Origin: Bispira polyomma
Taxonomy: Eukaryota
Direction of reading: 5' to 3'
Length of the DNA stretch: 64,000 nucleotides
Assembly (NCBI GenBank): GCA_965649765.1
Contig: OZ287756.1
Location: forward strand, 31,868,001-31,932,000
Under the pieces are notes generated by a model. The model worked only from the letters and a program-made list of their open reading frames with translations. It had not been told where the DNA came from and searched no databases. Positions 36,931 through 49,670 of this stretch are shown one piece after another; the first letter of the stretch is position 1, and each line of letters begins with the position of its first letter. Made by a program: the position numbers and the translations under genes.

Positions 36931-38861
36931 CAAATTTTCACCTAATGTGTACTGCAATATAAGAATGCAAGTACAAAAATTGTTTAATAAAAAAGCAGAC
37001 ATATTTATGGATATAAAACAATCCCAAGGATAGATTAAAACTTAGTAAGTGATAGCCATTTCTTGTTATAAACATCTAACTGTTGTTTAGTCAATTGTAA
37101 GTCCCCTTTAAGCAGTAGGTATGAGAGAGGGTAATGCACTGTTATATTACACATCACATATTAACTATCAACTTTTTTTAAATTTGTATCTTTACAAAAT
37201 GTTGTCTATACCATGCGGTCAGTATTTATTTGATGAAATTATCAGCATACTGTCTTGTGTTTATTGTTTGTGTTTATTATTTGTTAGGTCTTGTGTGTTA
37301 CATGCAGAAATAAAAAATATGAATTGTTTCATGAGGTAGTTGAATATATACAAAGTACTCTGTAGTGTTGTGCCTGGAGTCTTTTGTGTAAAACATTTTT
37401 TCTCAGTTATATCAACTTCTATGAACACAAAATTAACAGTTTAATGTATTTATGGCAGAAAAACAACATAGTTTGTTGGATATATATTTATTGCATATGA
37501 AATTTGGGTTAACAGAAGTTATATTACAGAAGTTTGGATAATAGTATTAAATCAAATAGTGAAGAAGTAGAAGTGGTGTATAAAACTAGTATTTACTAAT
37601 ATCTACACATTCAAACAAATCACACAACCACATAGGGATTTCATCACATGCAAAATAGAAATATAGACGCGTCGATACATAAATTATCACAGATCCTGAG
37701 AGAGCTATAACAAGTAAAAATAGCAACACTACCACACTAAGTAGTAATCATCATGATTGTCAATACCAGTCTGTTAACACAAGATGTCTATTTCTTCATT
37801 AGTATTCTTTATAAATACGTATTTAACACACAAAAAACATAGAGCAATAAAAGCTGGAATGACATATAAGGGTTTACATAGTTTACAGTATTTTTACTGG
37901 TAGGTACTACTTTCTAGTCTAAAGAAAAACTGAGGCACATATTTTATACCATAGCAGTTAAAAACATTTTCAGAGCACTTTGTCATTCACCAAAATGCTG
38001 TAATTATAATTCATAACATTTCAATTTCAAGGATTATGTAGTTTTTGTTAGCGTATGCAATTGTGCAATAGCTTAAATGTCACGTTAGAACTGTTTTAAT
38101 CCCAAATTGTGATGAACCAGGGGGTTGGCAGTTTCTTCTGAAGCGGAAGCTACCATCCAGAAAATTTGGTTCTTTCTGGTTCGGAAGAGATACCAATCTT
38201 CCATTTTTTCCGCCCAAATTGGAAGAAATACCTTATGTTTATGTAAAAATATGGATTCTTACTTGTTGAAAATAATTGGAATGTAATACAGAATTTACTG
38301 ATGGACTTAATCTATAAAATATTATTTAGAGTTAGGATCATTGACTATACAGTATTCTTACTATTCTATAAGATCAGGTCTTGCATAGTGAGTGGTTTTA
38401 GGAAATAATTATCATCTTCCACAAGGCTAAAGCATACACTGATACGTGATTTATAACATGTCACACCTAAATTTACACTATTATTTTCCATTCCAGTTTT
38501 TTTAATACACTAACAATTTTTGCCCATTTTCTTTCCCCGTCAACAATCTAAAGGGCTCTATCAGGAATGGTTACAATGTGTCCGTCCCACAATTTGGTCT
38601 AGAATTCTGACTGTATCTTGCCAACTAATGGTAAAACAGTGTAAAAGTAAACATCTAATATCCAAGAACAAGAACACTTTGTTATGATACTAGAGAAGAT
38701 TCACAAAAAAGAAGAGGCAATTTTGTATAAAAACAATAGGAAAACATCAATTTGGGAGAGTGGAAAGGAGTTTATATCAACTGAAATATTCATTCGGATA
38801 AGAGAAGTTTAGATAAGCGAAATGCTATAGAAGCAGCAACCTTCACGTGTGGCATACTGAT

Positions 38862-39116
38862 TTGAATTTGAATTGGGATATTTAACATCCAGTCTAGAAC
38901 CTTTTTAGGTTATATTGGGATGGGTACTTGGAAACGCTGGAGGAAACACTGCATACAGTTGATCAAGGTTCTGCACTGAAACCAGTGGCCCACAGTAAGG
39001 AACTACCACCTTTCCCACATAGGCATCGACGGGATTCGAACTCACGCCGCCCAGAGGTGAGAGACTAGTGATTGTTAAGCCCAATGCTTGCCAACCACTA
39101 GGCCACCGCGGCCCCT
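38862..39116 (-). mobile_element. full-length tRNA-derived SINE with 15-bp TSD
   Basis: A box TGGCCTAGTGG, B box GTTCGAATCC and (AATTCA)n tail. TSD GTGTGGCATACTGAT at 38847-38861 and 39117-39131. Same family as 63030-63283. Confidence 0.95.
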
Positions 39117-40822
39117 GTGTGGCATACTGATAGACTTTATTGAACGTTTATTTGCAATGTAATGTTTTCTGCCCGATTCAGGCAAGATTGCTCAGGTGAT
39201 AGCATAAATAGTGTCACCTTGTCCAGACTCTATCCCAGTAACTATAAGTGGCGGTGACTTTATTAGAGGTTGACCAAGGCGGTAGTCCAGAATAAGAAAC
39301 TACTAGAACATAGTAGAAATCGAAACGGACTACGACAACCTTAGCAAAAGATAATTCAGCAGACAACTTCATTCAATGTAAAGTATATTGGCAAATTTAT
39401 ACTTTAACTGCAACTAACACCACAAATATGATCTTTAAAAGGAAGCAAAAGACAAAAAACTGTCATTATCACTAACTTGTTCAAAACCAAGGCAAAGATT
39501 TAACATTGCACGCCTATATTTAGGAAGATGGGTACATATGTGCGTACATTCGTATTTCAGTGTCAATTAATGATTTTCATTGATTTGTGTGGTTTTCATG
39601 TCAATACCCTGATGAGAAGCAAAATGGCCAGTAACAGCAAACAAAGCACAAAATTACCTGTTTTGACTATAATTTAGACTAGACTACCAATTTTTTGTTT
39701 GGGCTATATAAAAAGTTAAACCGGGTAGCCGGGCAGACAACCACCATATTTGGTGAAACATTATCTGTGAAACTACTGTAGACCTTATGGGGTGAGTGTC
39801 CAACCACACTTGATGTGTATTAATTGTGATTAATTTTTATACCACCTATTATTGTTTATATTACAATTTGGATTTATAAAAATAAAATGATCATCATAAA
39901 CAACAATCTGTCATAACTAAAAACTAACAAACTCTTAACTCACTAAAACATGTCTTTGCTTTCTAAGCCATCTTATTAAATTAACAACAAACAATACTAG
40001 CATGGTACAGAAGAGATACCATATATAGCCTGATACTGTACACGACATAGAACTTATTTTATGAAAATTTCACGGACAAATTAATTTTTATCGATCATCC
40101 AATAAGCAAATGTACTTAAATCTCCCACTTTGAATATCATTCTTCACAACTGAAGCTTTTGGTCATACAAGACAATTTTAAACCAACATTTACAACTGTT
40201 CACCACTATATAATGTTCTAAAACAAGGAGCGTCTCCAAAGCCTCTTTTTGGCTATTTCTCTGTTTGAGCACATCAATGTAACAATACCATATTTATACA
40301 ATGATTTTGTAATTTTATACACGAACAAATAATGTTATCTGTGAATTTTGTCTTGGTACAAGGCTGTGTTCATCTTGAAAAGGGAACTTTAAAGTGAGTT
40401 TTAAGTGAGTGAGTTTTACCTTTTAAAGTCTCAAGATTGACCTTTATGATATGTATCATTCACGACATTGATATGTTTGTATTACACATCAATATTACAT
40501 AAAAAGAGATCAAACAATAAATATTGTCGATATTGATCAACAATTTACTCACTACTGATTTCACATTGACATCCAAATATAACATCTTGTGATCATATTC
40601 AAAGGGACGATATGAGACTTGAATATGATAATGATAGGTGATCCTTAGAATCCACTTCAATGGAGATTAATCGCTAAAAAAGTTTGATTAGATTATATTA
40701 GATTGAGGGTGCGTTTATTTTGCAGTAGTTGGGTTTTAATTTTGCTGTGGTATCCCGGAATAGGAACAGGTTTTTGACGAATGATATCCCTGACTAGAAT
40801 TATTAGAGATTTACAACCCGGA

Positions 40823-41078
40823 TTATGACTCTTCCATTCCGAGTAATGTTCTAAAATTCTGATGAATCTCCTCTATATCGTTCTTTAATCCTGTTTCCGT
40901 ATCTTTATAGTCCCGCTCACACACGGCTTTGAGATGTTTACAGAGGCCGTGTTCTTCCTGTAAAAACCTCAACAGTTCCTTCTTGTCTTCCTCCTGTAAA
41001 AAGTGACCTTTAGTTCTCTCGGACTGCTCCTCATTCTCCTCAGCGTCCTCAGACTCGTCATACTCACTGTCTGTGTCA
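40823..41078 (-). CDS. putative last exon of the importin-alpha-like gene (acidic loop plus helical C-terminus)
   Basis: DTDSEYDESEDAEENEEQ...FLQEEHGLCKHLKAVCE...MEES*; coding-like composition in AT-rich surroundings. Confidence 0.65.
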
Positions 41079-44000
41079 CTGTAAACCATATAACAATAAC
41101 AATATGTCACACTTACTGTCACTGTAAACCATATAACAATATGTCATACTCACTGTCTGTGTCACTGTAAACCATATAACTGTCACAGTGTGATTCACGG
41201 CAACGTAGTTTCCGGGGGCCGACAGCCGATAATTTTATTTAGACGGCTTTTATATTTGCGGTTAGTAAAATGAGAGATAGTTTAGCGGATACCTTTTCCG
41301 TAAATTATGAAAAAGGGCGGTTTTTGCCATTGCCTTTAACCCATTGGTTGAGTATGGATGTGCTGCTGCCAAGCCCAAGTTATTGGAATGTCATGATTGT
41401 TTGTTAATGTGACTTGTGATGTAGAAAAGGGTTTGTTTATTAAACCAGGATTGTTTGCAGGTTTGTTATAATTCCAAATATGAGTGTGTGTGATTGTTAG
41501 AATGACTGAGTAATGTAGTCAGTTCATACTTTATAAATTATCCTTTTTACCTTTTATAGCTTAGTACAGTAATAACCTGTTTATCAGTAATGTCTAAAAT
41601 CAAGTAAATCATTATTTATGTATTGTATATATGCTATAGATAGACAGTTGTTATTAACTAATATAATTGCTCAAGTACTAATTCATGGTTATAGATTTAT
41701 ATGCAAGTAGATTAATTTAGTACTGTAATGTAGTCCTGATATAATAGCTAGATTGCGATAATTTGTATTACTCAGGTAATTTTAGAATGTAGTTTGTAGT
41801 TGTCGTATCGTAGGTTTTATTTATTTTAATTATCGTTGATTAGTATTTTGATTCGGTCACATTTAGTGGTTCGAATATTACATTGTTTATTACAGTTTAA
41901 CTTAGTACGAAATATAAATTCAGATTATACCTTTTATTTAATCTTAATTTATTTACATAATAGTTGTTGAAATATGTTAGTTCAATTTACTGTGATATGT
42001 AAAATTAGTGATAGTTATTTATTTAGATTTATATTGGGACTGTTAATTATTTAGATCAGGCATTTACAAACATGTTATTGTAACTTTCAGGTGTTGTTTC
42101 CAGTTTTGAAACCTGAAGTCGTGTTGTGTGAAGTGCTGACCTACGAGTCACGGTATGCTGTAGCCTGTAGATAAGAATAAAGGTTTTTAGTTAAGCTGCG
42201 TGTTGTTTCTACTCCACTGACATCTCGTCCCCTGGAAAGTCCGCGGTTCTGGTCACCCTGGGTTGGTGCGCGGCGATATAACAATACGTCATACTCACTG
42301 TCTGTGTCACTGTAAACCATATAACAATACGCCATACTGTCTGTGTCACTGTAAACTAGTGAGTGGACGATTCGACGAACATCTAAGCAATCGTCGGTCT
42401 ATTGAACCAAAGACGTTGATCCGTAATCGATCGATCATCGGTCGGACAATTAAGCAATTAATCGACCTGCAAAATACAGACTAATTCCACTCACTACTGT
42501 AAACCAAATAGCAACACGTCATACTGTCTTTGTCACTGTAAAGCATATAACAATACGTCATACAGTCTGTGTCACTGTAAACCATGTAACAATACGTCAT
42601 ACGTACTGTCTTTGTCACTGTAAACCATATAACAATACGTCATACTCACTGTCCATGTCACTGTAAACCATAAGACAATTTTCAAGGCCATCATCACAAC
42701 ACATCATCTCAAAAAATACAGTAGAACCTCTATTATCAAAACTTCCATTATCTGAAAATATTCGATTTTGTGAACTCATTTCTACTCTTTCTCAAAATTA
42801 AAGCCTACCTTTTGTTTGGTACACAAATCCTCTTTCTATTTTACTCACTGCAAGATGTTTGGATAATAGAGGTTCCAAGTTGTAAGCGGAATATATAGGA
42901 AATATAGGAATGTTGATAGGCCTGCACTTTACCGGCACAATCTTAAAGACTTGTAGATTTGTGGACGTGCACTTATATTACATTATTATGTGTTTTTGTA
43001 CATACAGTATGTCAAACATGACGCCATTTATAAAATACTGTACAAGTCGAAATTTTAGGAAAATTTACTGAAATTCATTTTCACTATTAGTTATGGTTTA
43101 ACTTACTTTTAACAACTTTACTAACCCATCCAAATCATAACTAGAGTACTGCTTTGCAAATGAAAGGAAATTGTTTTTGCAGAGCAAAAACAAAGCGTCC
43201 CAATAAGACATTGAGCAATTTTCTGCATATACCATCCGAGCCTAAAATTCTGCCGAAATTGCTCTATCTGCACCATTTCCGAGATAAACGCAAAAATTCA
43301 AGTTGTCGGCCAAAAATGGGGAAAGAGCGATTTTTTAAAAATTTCAAAAAAAAAAAAAAAAAAATTGATTTTTTGAAAATTTTGAGTTTTTAAAATTTTT
43401 TGACTTTTTTGAAAATTTCAAAAAAAATTTAAATTTTGTATACCAAAATTTAGCCGAAATCACTCTATTTCTAACCGTTTCCGAGATATTAAGGATTTTT
43501 CGTTTTCTTTGTTGAGATTGAGAACTTTTGCGAAATTTTGAAAATTTTAACATTTTTAAAAAACAATTATACCCTGTGGGCCCAAAATTCAGCCGAAATC
43601 ACTCTATCTCTCACCGTTTCCGAGATATTAAGGATTTCTTTTTCCTTTGTTGAGATTGAGGATTTTTGCAAAATTTTGAAAATTTTAACATTTTTAAAAC
43701 ATTTTTAGACCCTGTGGGCCCAAAATTCAGCCGAAATCACTCTATCTCTCACCGTTTCCGAGATATTAAGGATTTTTTATTTCCTTAGTTGAGATTGAGG
43801 ACTTTTGCAGAATTTTAACATTTTTAAAAAAATTTTATACCCTGTGGGCCCAAAATTCTGCCGAAATTACTCCATCGCTCACCGTTTCTGAGATATTAAG
43901 GATTTTTCATTTTTTTTTTACTTTTGCAAAATTGGCTGCAACTCAGCAACCACTGGATGGATTCTCTTCAAAGTTGGCACATGTATTCAGTAGACCTTGG

Positions 44001-47000
44001 GCAAATTTTCAATATAGTGTCATTACATTTCGACCAATCAAATAAGTCGTATGACCCAAAATGCGTAAATTTACCTCCCATATACAAACAAGCACTCTTA
44101 CGGGATGCTTAATAACACTACTGACCTAAACTCAAGATTACAGAACAGCAAGTTTATAGAAACTGTCACACTGGGTACTATTTAACCCTTAATGTCCTTG
44201 TCCACTAGCTAGCAGTTGACAAATAAGTGTAGTCAGTGTTATTCGCTAATACCAACTCTGTCAGCCAACAGTCGACCATATAAAATATTATTATACAGCC
44301 CCCTCGGCACACTGCAGTTGACATGAAGAAAAATATTTTGTTTCATTTGTTGCGAAAACGTCACTTGTGATGTCATCAAAGTGAGTCAAAGTATTTTTTC
44401 CTCTGTCTAGTGGGATTACTCTCTATATAGGTGGCGAAGGGCTAATACTGGTAATACCCACAAATTTTTTTTCCTAATAAAACAAGTTAAGAGTGGTCCA
44501 TGGACCAAATCGCCAGATGACTGTGAATTTGCATCGATTATCGGCCACAAGAACTTCATGCATCAAAAGTCCAATTTTAAACTAAATAAAATGCTGATAC
44601 ATACCTAAACTCTCGTATATTTTATGTTTTCCCAAAATATAAATTCAAATTTCGATGTGAAATGAACATAAAGTTACCTTTTCATCAATCTATTATTTAT
44701 ATTCGTCCAACAGGGTCCCTTCTAAAACTCGGAGCTCTTGGGAGGTAAAATCGCCTAAATCTTGAGAGGTAGCTTGAAAATCGTCTAAATCTTGGGAGAT
44801 AGCTTGAAAATCGCCCAAATCTTGGGAGGTAGCCTGAAAATCGCCTAAATTCTGGGAGGTAGCTTACAAATCGCCAAAATCTTGGAAGGTAATTTAAAAC
44901 AAACTTTTAAAAGGAATTAATTTATAAGGAATTAATTTGGTATGAATGTATTATTACATGCATTCCAATAAATAACCAATGTATTGTTATATTTATTCTT
45001 CATTCGCTTTGGGGATTATAATATAGTTTAGGAATTAATTTTGTATTAATGTATTATTACATGTATTATTATCTTTATTCTTTATTCGATTTGGTAATTA
45101 TATATTATATAGTCTAAGAATTATTTTTTATATGTATTCTCCAGAAATATTTTTATGACCTACCAAATCCACCCAGAAATATATGTGGTTTTCAAGCTAA
45201 CTCCTAAGATATAGGCAATTTTAGAGCTACCGCTTTAGATTCAGGTGATTTTCCTGTATGAATATGAATATATATGAATAACTACAAAACACAGAAACAT
45301 ATGTCCAAGGTATAGAAGACAAAAAAACAACAATAAATTTTGACTTGTATTAATAAATACAAAACACAAAAACATGCTAGCAGGGCGATTGTGTCCATCG
45401 TAAAGGTTGGAGACAAAACACAATTAATAATTTTGACTTGCATGAATCACAAAAAAAAAAACACAAAAAGATATGAGCAGGGTGATTTTGTCCAAGATAT
45501 AGGTTGGAGACAAAAACAATTCCTAATTTTGACTTGTATGAATTACTACAAAACACAAAAACATATGAGTGGGGTGATTTTGTCCAAGTTACAGGTTGGA
45601 GACAGAAAACAAAAATTTTGATTGTTTGAAGAGCAACCTGTTTACCATGAAAAAGTGTTACCAGGGCAATTTTGTTTAAGTTGAAGGTTGAAGACAATAA
45701 AGATAGACACAGCCATGCATTTAATCATATTAAAAAACTTCTATACTCCACAAAAACATACGAGTAGGGCGATTTTGTCCAATATATAGGTTGAAGACAA
45801 TGAACAATTAAAAATTTTGACTTGTATGAATCACTACAAAACACAAAAACATACAAGTAGGTCGATTTTGTCGAAAATATAGGTGGGAGACAAAAAAACA
45901 ACTAATAATTTTGACTTGTATTAATAACTACAAAACACAAAAACATATGAGCATGGCAATTTTGTCCAAGATATTGGAAACAAAACACAATAATTTTGAC
46001 TTGTATTAATCACTACAAAACACATAAAGAAATGAGCAGGGCGATTTTGTCCAAGATATAGGTTAGAGACAAAACACAATTAATAATTTTGACTTGCATG
46101 AATCACTACAAAACACAAAAAGATATGAGTGGGGTGATTTTGTTCAATATATAGGTTAGAGACGAAACACAATTAATAATTTTGACTTGCATGACTTACT
46201 TAAAAATACAAAAAGATATGAGTGGGGTGATTTTGTCCAAGATATAGGTTGGAGACAAAAAACAATTAATTTTGATTTGTATGAAGAGTTACCTGTTTAC
46301 CATAAAAACATATGACCAGGGTAATTTTGTCTAAGTTGAAGGTTGAAGACAATAAATATAGACACAGCCATTTAATCATATTAAAAAAATTTCTATACTT
46401 CACAAAAACATATGAGTAGGGCGATTTTGTCCAAGATATAGGTTGAAGACAACAAACAATTAATAATTTTAACTTGTATGAATCACTACAAAACACAGAA
46501 ACATATGTCTAAGATATAGGAGACAAAAAAAAATATAGGTTGGAGACAAAAAATAATTAACAAATTTGACTTGTATTAAGAACTACAAAACACAAAAACA
46601 TATGTGCATGGCGATTTTGTCCAAGATATAGGTCGGTTAAAAACAAAACACAATTAATAATTTTGACTTTCATGAATCACTACAAAACACAAAAACATAC
46701 AAGTAGGTCGATTTTGTCGAAAATATAGGTTGGAGACCGAAAACAATTATTTTGATTTGTATGAAGAGCTACTTCTTTACCATAAAAACATATGACCAGA
46801 GCAATTTTGTTTAAGTTGAAGGTTGAAGACAATAAATATTGATACAACGATTTAATAATATTAAAAAAACTTCTATACTTCACAAAAACATATGAGCAGG
46901 GTCATTTTGTCCAAGATATAGGTTGGGGACAAAAAAACAATTAATAATTTTGACTTGAATGAATCACTACAAAACACAAAATCATACGAGTGGGGTGATT

Positions 47001-49670
47001 TTGTCCAACTTACAGGTTGGAGACAGAAAACAATTAATTTTGATTTGTATGAAGAGCTACCTGTTTACTATGACCAGGGCAATTTTGTCTAAGTTAAAGG
47101 TTGAAGACAAAAAAAAAATAATTTTGTTAAAATTGCTAAAAAAATATAGATTCACACCATGTTTTCTTCAACTATCTTGGGCAATATTTATTGTAGCTTA
47201 AAACTATCGAAAAGCACAAAAGATTACCTTCCTAATGATACCAAAAATATATGTCAATTATAAATATAGATTCAGCAATTTAATTATTTTAAATTTTCGG
47301 GAAATAAAAGACGTTTTGCGCGAATGTCGAATGTTTGAGTTTTAGTCCCAAACCCTACATCCGGCCCCACGATCGGTAAACATAAATAAACTCCCAAATT
47401 TGTCACATTTTCGTTAATAACTTCTATATTAGTAGGCGGAATGTTATAAAAATAATTTTGAGTCATATACAGAGTATCTTAAACATTCTTTGTTAATTTG
47501 AATACTCAACTCCTAGCAGCTTCTGAGATTATCTTGTCGACACCCGTTTTGAGGCCTTTTCCGTATATAGCATGTATACAACAAAGAGATGTGATAAGTC
47601 CAGCTAACACCTACTTGTAGGTGTCACCTGGCCTAACAAACTCTGCCTCTTAAGTCTTTTACCTGGGGTATTTTGGAGACTCTTCATTTTCTTCCTTGGG
47701 TTTCAAACAGTTGTGGATGGTTTTAAACGTATCCCTCAGTAGTTCTAAGTAAGACCCACCGTACACGTCAGTAGGCTCCAGCTCACTTTTATCAGCCTAG
47801 TAAAAAATATGGAAAGGATGACGTAACTGGGACTGACACACGGTTTACACTTTGTATAAAAGAAGAAATAGTGGACCTTTAATAATATTTTTTCACTTCA
47901 TAACAAACGTTCATGCAAAGAAAATATTAAAAAAATTAATAATAAATAATAAAAATAAAGAGGACACCTGGGTTAGGGGGTATTATAGGGCATACACTAA
48001 TTAAATATGTTAATTACCCACATGGGGTTGGGAAGGACAAGGTAAAAGATAACAAAACCATGGCATCTGTGACCGAGTGGTGGAATCTAGGTGAATTTTC
48101 TTGCCTAACCATTATACAGGGATTATACTGAACTCCATATTTTCCACAGAATGTTTGTCCTGTGTATTTTCCATTTTAGAAAGTATCAATACAAATTAAT
48201 AAGTATATCAGCTTTTTGGAAATATACAGTAATACAATTTATAATATCTTATGGCCAAAGACACAAAAACAATTGATTTTAATTAGGCCTTAAAAAGTAA
48301 CATCTGGCTGTGATTAGAATTAATATCTTCTGGAGTCCAACTTCACTTTAACATGCACTTACCTGCAGACAAAGTACCATTGCTGCCAATACTTGTTTAT
48401 CTTTCATCAACACAGTCCTCTGTTTAGGGGAGGAGTCTTCAATGAGGTTGGCTATCACATACAGGGCTTCATTGGCTACATGTCCACATCCACTCTGTAG
48501 ATGTTTTAAAATGGTGGGAATTATTCCGTAGTGAAACAATATCTTTGTGGATCCCTTGGGTCCCGCTGTAACGTTAGATAGCACCCACAGTGACTGTTTA
48601 ACCAGCTCAGGATCTTCACTCAGTAGGAGGAGGAACAACTGATTCAAGACCCCCGCATGTATTACGGCCCAGTTGATATTCAGAGCTTCAAGACTTAGGA
48701 GATTTCCCAAGATACGCAAGCTTTTGACTTTGATCTCAAAATTGGAATGACTGACAAAGGACACAATAGCAGGGTAGATGCCATAATTCAGTAGTATGAT
48801 ATGTATGTCCCATTCCTGATACAACTCGACCGCAGCATCGAGAAATAGCACAATCTCCAGAAGTAACGACTCATTTGGTGCGTTAAGGATCGAACAGACG
48901 CGAAAGACCATCCTCTGAAAGACTTCATCATCAATAGTGAGAGCCTGTTTCACCACTTTTTTAAAAAGACTGACCAACAGTTGTTTTTCTTTGTCTTCTA
49001 CTAAAATGTCAAAGAGTAGACAGAGCTTCAAGTGAATGGTCTGCCTTGTGTTTGCCACAATGTTGCACACGTCCTTATCATGTAAAATCACTGCATCTAG
49101 TAAGCCTACACATGCCATCAAAAGGTCTCTGTTGTGTTCTGATTTATCGTCTAACACGTCATAGCAAAAGCTCATGACGTCGCACTTATGCTGAACAAGC
49201 ATTGGGACAGATTGGGCTGAACACATTTCACAGATAAGATGTACCGTTTTGGCATCATATACAGAATGGGACAAAACCATCTTACAGTTGGATGCCTGAC
49301 GAGCCTTGTTATCCAAAGACAACTTCTCCAACAAGTACAACAGCTTAAACGCATGTACATCTTCTTTTGTTACAATTGGACAGGAATATATATCCAACCG
49401 AGGACAATAAGTTAATGTGGTCTGTGTGTTCTTCCCTGAAGTACTACCATTCACATGAACTTCATTCTCTTCATCTTCCGTTTCCATGTTGTTCGATTGG
49501 GCTTTAGTGCAGCAATAGCCACAGGTACACTCACATAAAACAGGGCTGACCTTGCCATTTTCTACGGAAGAATTCAGAGGTTTCTCAGAACCATGAGAGA
49601 CAATCCAACTCAACAGAGTACCTTCAGAAGCATCTTTGTACTCCCTTGGCTCAATTTCCATAGGTTCCAT
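40823..49670 (-). CDS. divergent importin-alpha (karyopherin alpha)-like ARM-repeat protein, 3 coding exons, ~565 aa
   Basis: Exons 48363-49670 (phase-0 donor GTAAGT), 47663-47796 (phase-2 donor GTAAAA) and 40823-41078 (phase-2 acceptor TTTACAG) join in frame. ARM motifs LRILGNLLS, SLWVLSNVTAG and EALYVIANL. The exon 3 join is inferred from phase match. Confidence 0.7.
41181..42278 (+). mobile_element. solo LTR (Gypsy-like, 4-bp TSD)
   Basis: Starts TGTCAC and ends GCGATA (degenerate ...GACA). TAAC duplicated at 41177-41180 and 42279-42282. AATAAA near 42176. It splits one minisatellite unit cleanly. Confidence 0.75.
42357..42496. mobile_element. 140-bp hAT-type MITE
   Basis: TIR TAGTGAGTGGA/TCCACTCACTA; perfect 8-bp TSD CTGTAAAC at 42349-42356 and 42497-42504. 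Confidence 0.92.
42719..42883. mobile_element. pogo/Tigger-like MITE
   Basis: TA-CAGTAGAACCTCTATTATCAAAAC ... GTTTGGATAATAGAGGTTCC, followed closely by TG-TA. Confidence 0.7.
43139..44115 (-). mobile_element. Helentron-associated (HINE/DINE-like) non-autonomous element with internal 130-140-bp repeats
   Basis: AACTAG terminus and hairpin TGTTTTTGC-AGA-GCAAAAACA. Sub-TIRs AAGCGTCCC (43193) and GGGATGCTT (44102). CCGAAAT repeats at 43454, 43593, 43731 and 43861. Confidence 0.75.
44735..44895. repeat. 30-bp minisatellite (~5 copies)
   Basis: Unit AAAATCGCCTAAATCTTGGGAGGTAGCTTG. Confidence 0.9.
45280..47110. repeat. ~85-90-bp satellite with interspersed variant units (higher-order organisation)
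   Basis: GATTTTGTCCAAGATATAGGTTGGAGACAAAA recurs about 15-20 times. A variant unit GAAGAGCTACCTGTTTACCAT...AAGTTGAAGGTTGAAGAC occurs near 45628, 46283, 46762 and 47051. Confidence 0.9.
47663..47796 (-). CDS. exon 2 of the importin-alpha-like gene
   Basis: Acceptor TTTTTTACTAG; ADKSELEPTDVYGGSYLELLRDTFKTIHNCLKPKEENEESPKYP; only the phase-0 frame is open. Confidence 0.75.
48363..49670 (-). CDS. large first coding exon (436 codons) of the importin-alpha-like gene
   Basis: Long open frame with ARM repeats; acceptor ATTTTTAG at 49713-49720 just upstream of the ATG; donor CAG|GTAAGT. Confidence 0.92.

Larger units (their letters stand above)
41060..42672. repeat. 39-43-bp minisatellite derived from an intron/exon junction (9 copies), split by a solo LTR and a MITE
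   Basis: CACTGTAAA(C/G)C at ~41077, 41120, 41163, 42308, 42347, 42534, 42573, 42616 and 42659. Confidence 0.9.

Noticed and set aside
39282-39333. Hammerhead-like layout GTAGTCC...CTACTA-loop-TAGTAG...CGAAAC-GGACTAC
   Set aside because: The catalytic core CUGANGA reads CAGAAUA and the NUH cleavage triplet is missing; at best a dead Penelope-type relic.
41060-42672. CRISPR-like appearance of short repeats
   Set aside because: Units are contiguous with no unique spacers; the context is eukaryotic and there are no cas genes. The same applies to the other arrays.
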